From assembly GCA_964658305.1 (NCBI GenBank), contig OZ210885.1, positions 23,126,001 to 23,190,000 of the forward strand: DNA of 64,000 bases, given 5' to 3'. A model generated the notes under the pieces. That model saw only the letters and a list, made by a program, of their open reading frames with translations, made no database searches and was not told where the DNA came from. Below, in pieces: positions 62,854 to 64,000 of this stretch. Position numbers and translations under genes: made by a program. The first letter of the stretch is position 1, and each line of letters starts with the position of its first letter. This DNA comes from Leptogorgia sarmentosa. Taxonomy: Eukaryota.

Positions 62854-63520
62854 CTCCAGCTGCCTTCTCTCCATCATCTCTGGTTAAAAATTTCTGCAGT
62901 ACGGTAACAGCGGGAATCACTTCAGATATACACGAAGTGTTCTTGCTCATCAGCTTAGTGTATTCCTCGAATGGTTGGAGCAAGCGGAGGAACTTCTCCA
63001 TCAGCGACCATTCGTTGGGCGAAAGGGTTGCAGTTGGCGTCTCAGCAGAATAAAGTGTGACAGCTCTTTTGTTATCCAGTAGCCTGTCCAACATGTAATA
63101 GGTAGAGTTCCATCTACAATACAATAAAAAATATCCATACTGATAAATGATATTAGTTGTTAATATAATCAAACAGTCGTTGTTTTGTCCACAAAGTGAA
63201 CAACTCTTTCGTTTGAAACCTGAACAAACGTGAAAAAATAGCTTGTAACTTATAAATTACTAAGTACATACTAACCTTGTCGCAACATCCTGAATCAACT
63301 TCTTCTTCGGAAGACCAAGATCATCCTGAATTTCAGCCAGCCTGTTACTCCCGAGTGCTGAGTGACGAAAGTGTGTGACAATTCGTTTTGCCTTTGCAAT
63401 CATGTCGCTGACACTTCGTTGGGAAAATATAGCGTCGTTGATCGCCAACTGCAATGTGTGAATGAAGCATGGACTGCCCACCAAACCGGCCAATTCTACA
63501 GCATTTGTTATGTTGCTTGC
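62854..63520 (-). pseudogene. hAT (ZBED1/4-like) transposase exons
   Basis: VVTDNASNI, PCFIHTLQLAI, HFRHS, LIQDVATR|WNSTYYMLDRL, EW...LQPFEEYT...SCISEVIP. Confidence 0.9.
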
Positions 63521-64000
63521 ATTGTCAGTAACAACGATGTGGCATCTTGAAGGATCGATAGCCCATTTTGACAATTTTGTTAATTACTGGGTGTATGAAC
63601 GTAATTTTTGCATGGTCATAAAGACCAGGGTCTCATCTGTTGAATGACATGTTTTTTGTGTCATTATGAACAAAGCAGAACAAATATCAGAGCGATTAAA
63701 ACTGACTGTCGAAATTCCATACTTTCACCTCTGTGCCTAATTAAAGCAGTGCATAACAAAAGAAAAATACAATTAATCACGAATGTGTCATGGTAACAAA
63801 GATTTTATCAGGATTATTAATAATTCTGCATAATCAGGTCGTTTGTTGAAGGGAAAGTCTTCATCTTCGAGTCGCAGAGGGACTCTTCCACTTTTGAGTG
63901 GAAGTTTTTCATCTTCATCTGATAATTCCAAGGCCTATAAGAAATGTTGATAGGAATTTCCATAAATCTCTTTAAGCTTTCCATTTTTTTTACTTCGTTG

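Overview
AT-rich eukaryotic DNA with GT-AG introns, probably from a marine invertebrate such as an anthozoan (inference from the transposon families). I found no convincing host gene: the window is almost entirely nested, mostly decayed transposable elements. Left to right: Penelope-like (Naiad-type) GIY-YIG retroelement ends with hammerhead ribozymes, split by a complete Kolobok transposon (dead THAP-DDE transposase, intact KolX/P2X7-ballast-like gene); a 506-bp partial tandem repeat; a 2.2-kb Penelope palindrome; Gypsy and hAT fragments; an IS3EU-type integrase convergent with a HECT E3-ligase gene, with a piggyBac between them; a BEL/Pao LTR element; a KDZ transposase remnant; a PIF/Harbinger carrying a Helentron-type insert and an intact DD41D Tc1/mariner; a second IS3EU-integrase + HECT pair; a hAT with nested piggyBac-like and Tc1 inserts; an AcademH (RecQ + transposase); and a 4.27-kb TAG...CTA element with ~350-bp TIRs, a 7-bp TSD and an Academ-like transposase spliced to a C-terminal RING-H2 finger. 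The best novelty candidates are that RING-fused element and the recurrent transposase + HECT pairing. Family names come from motif recognition by eye; no database search was run.
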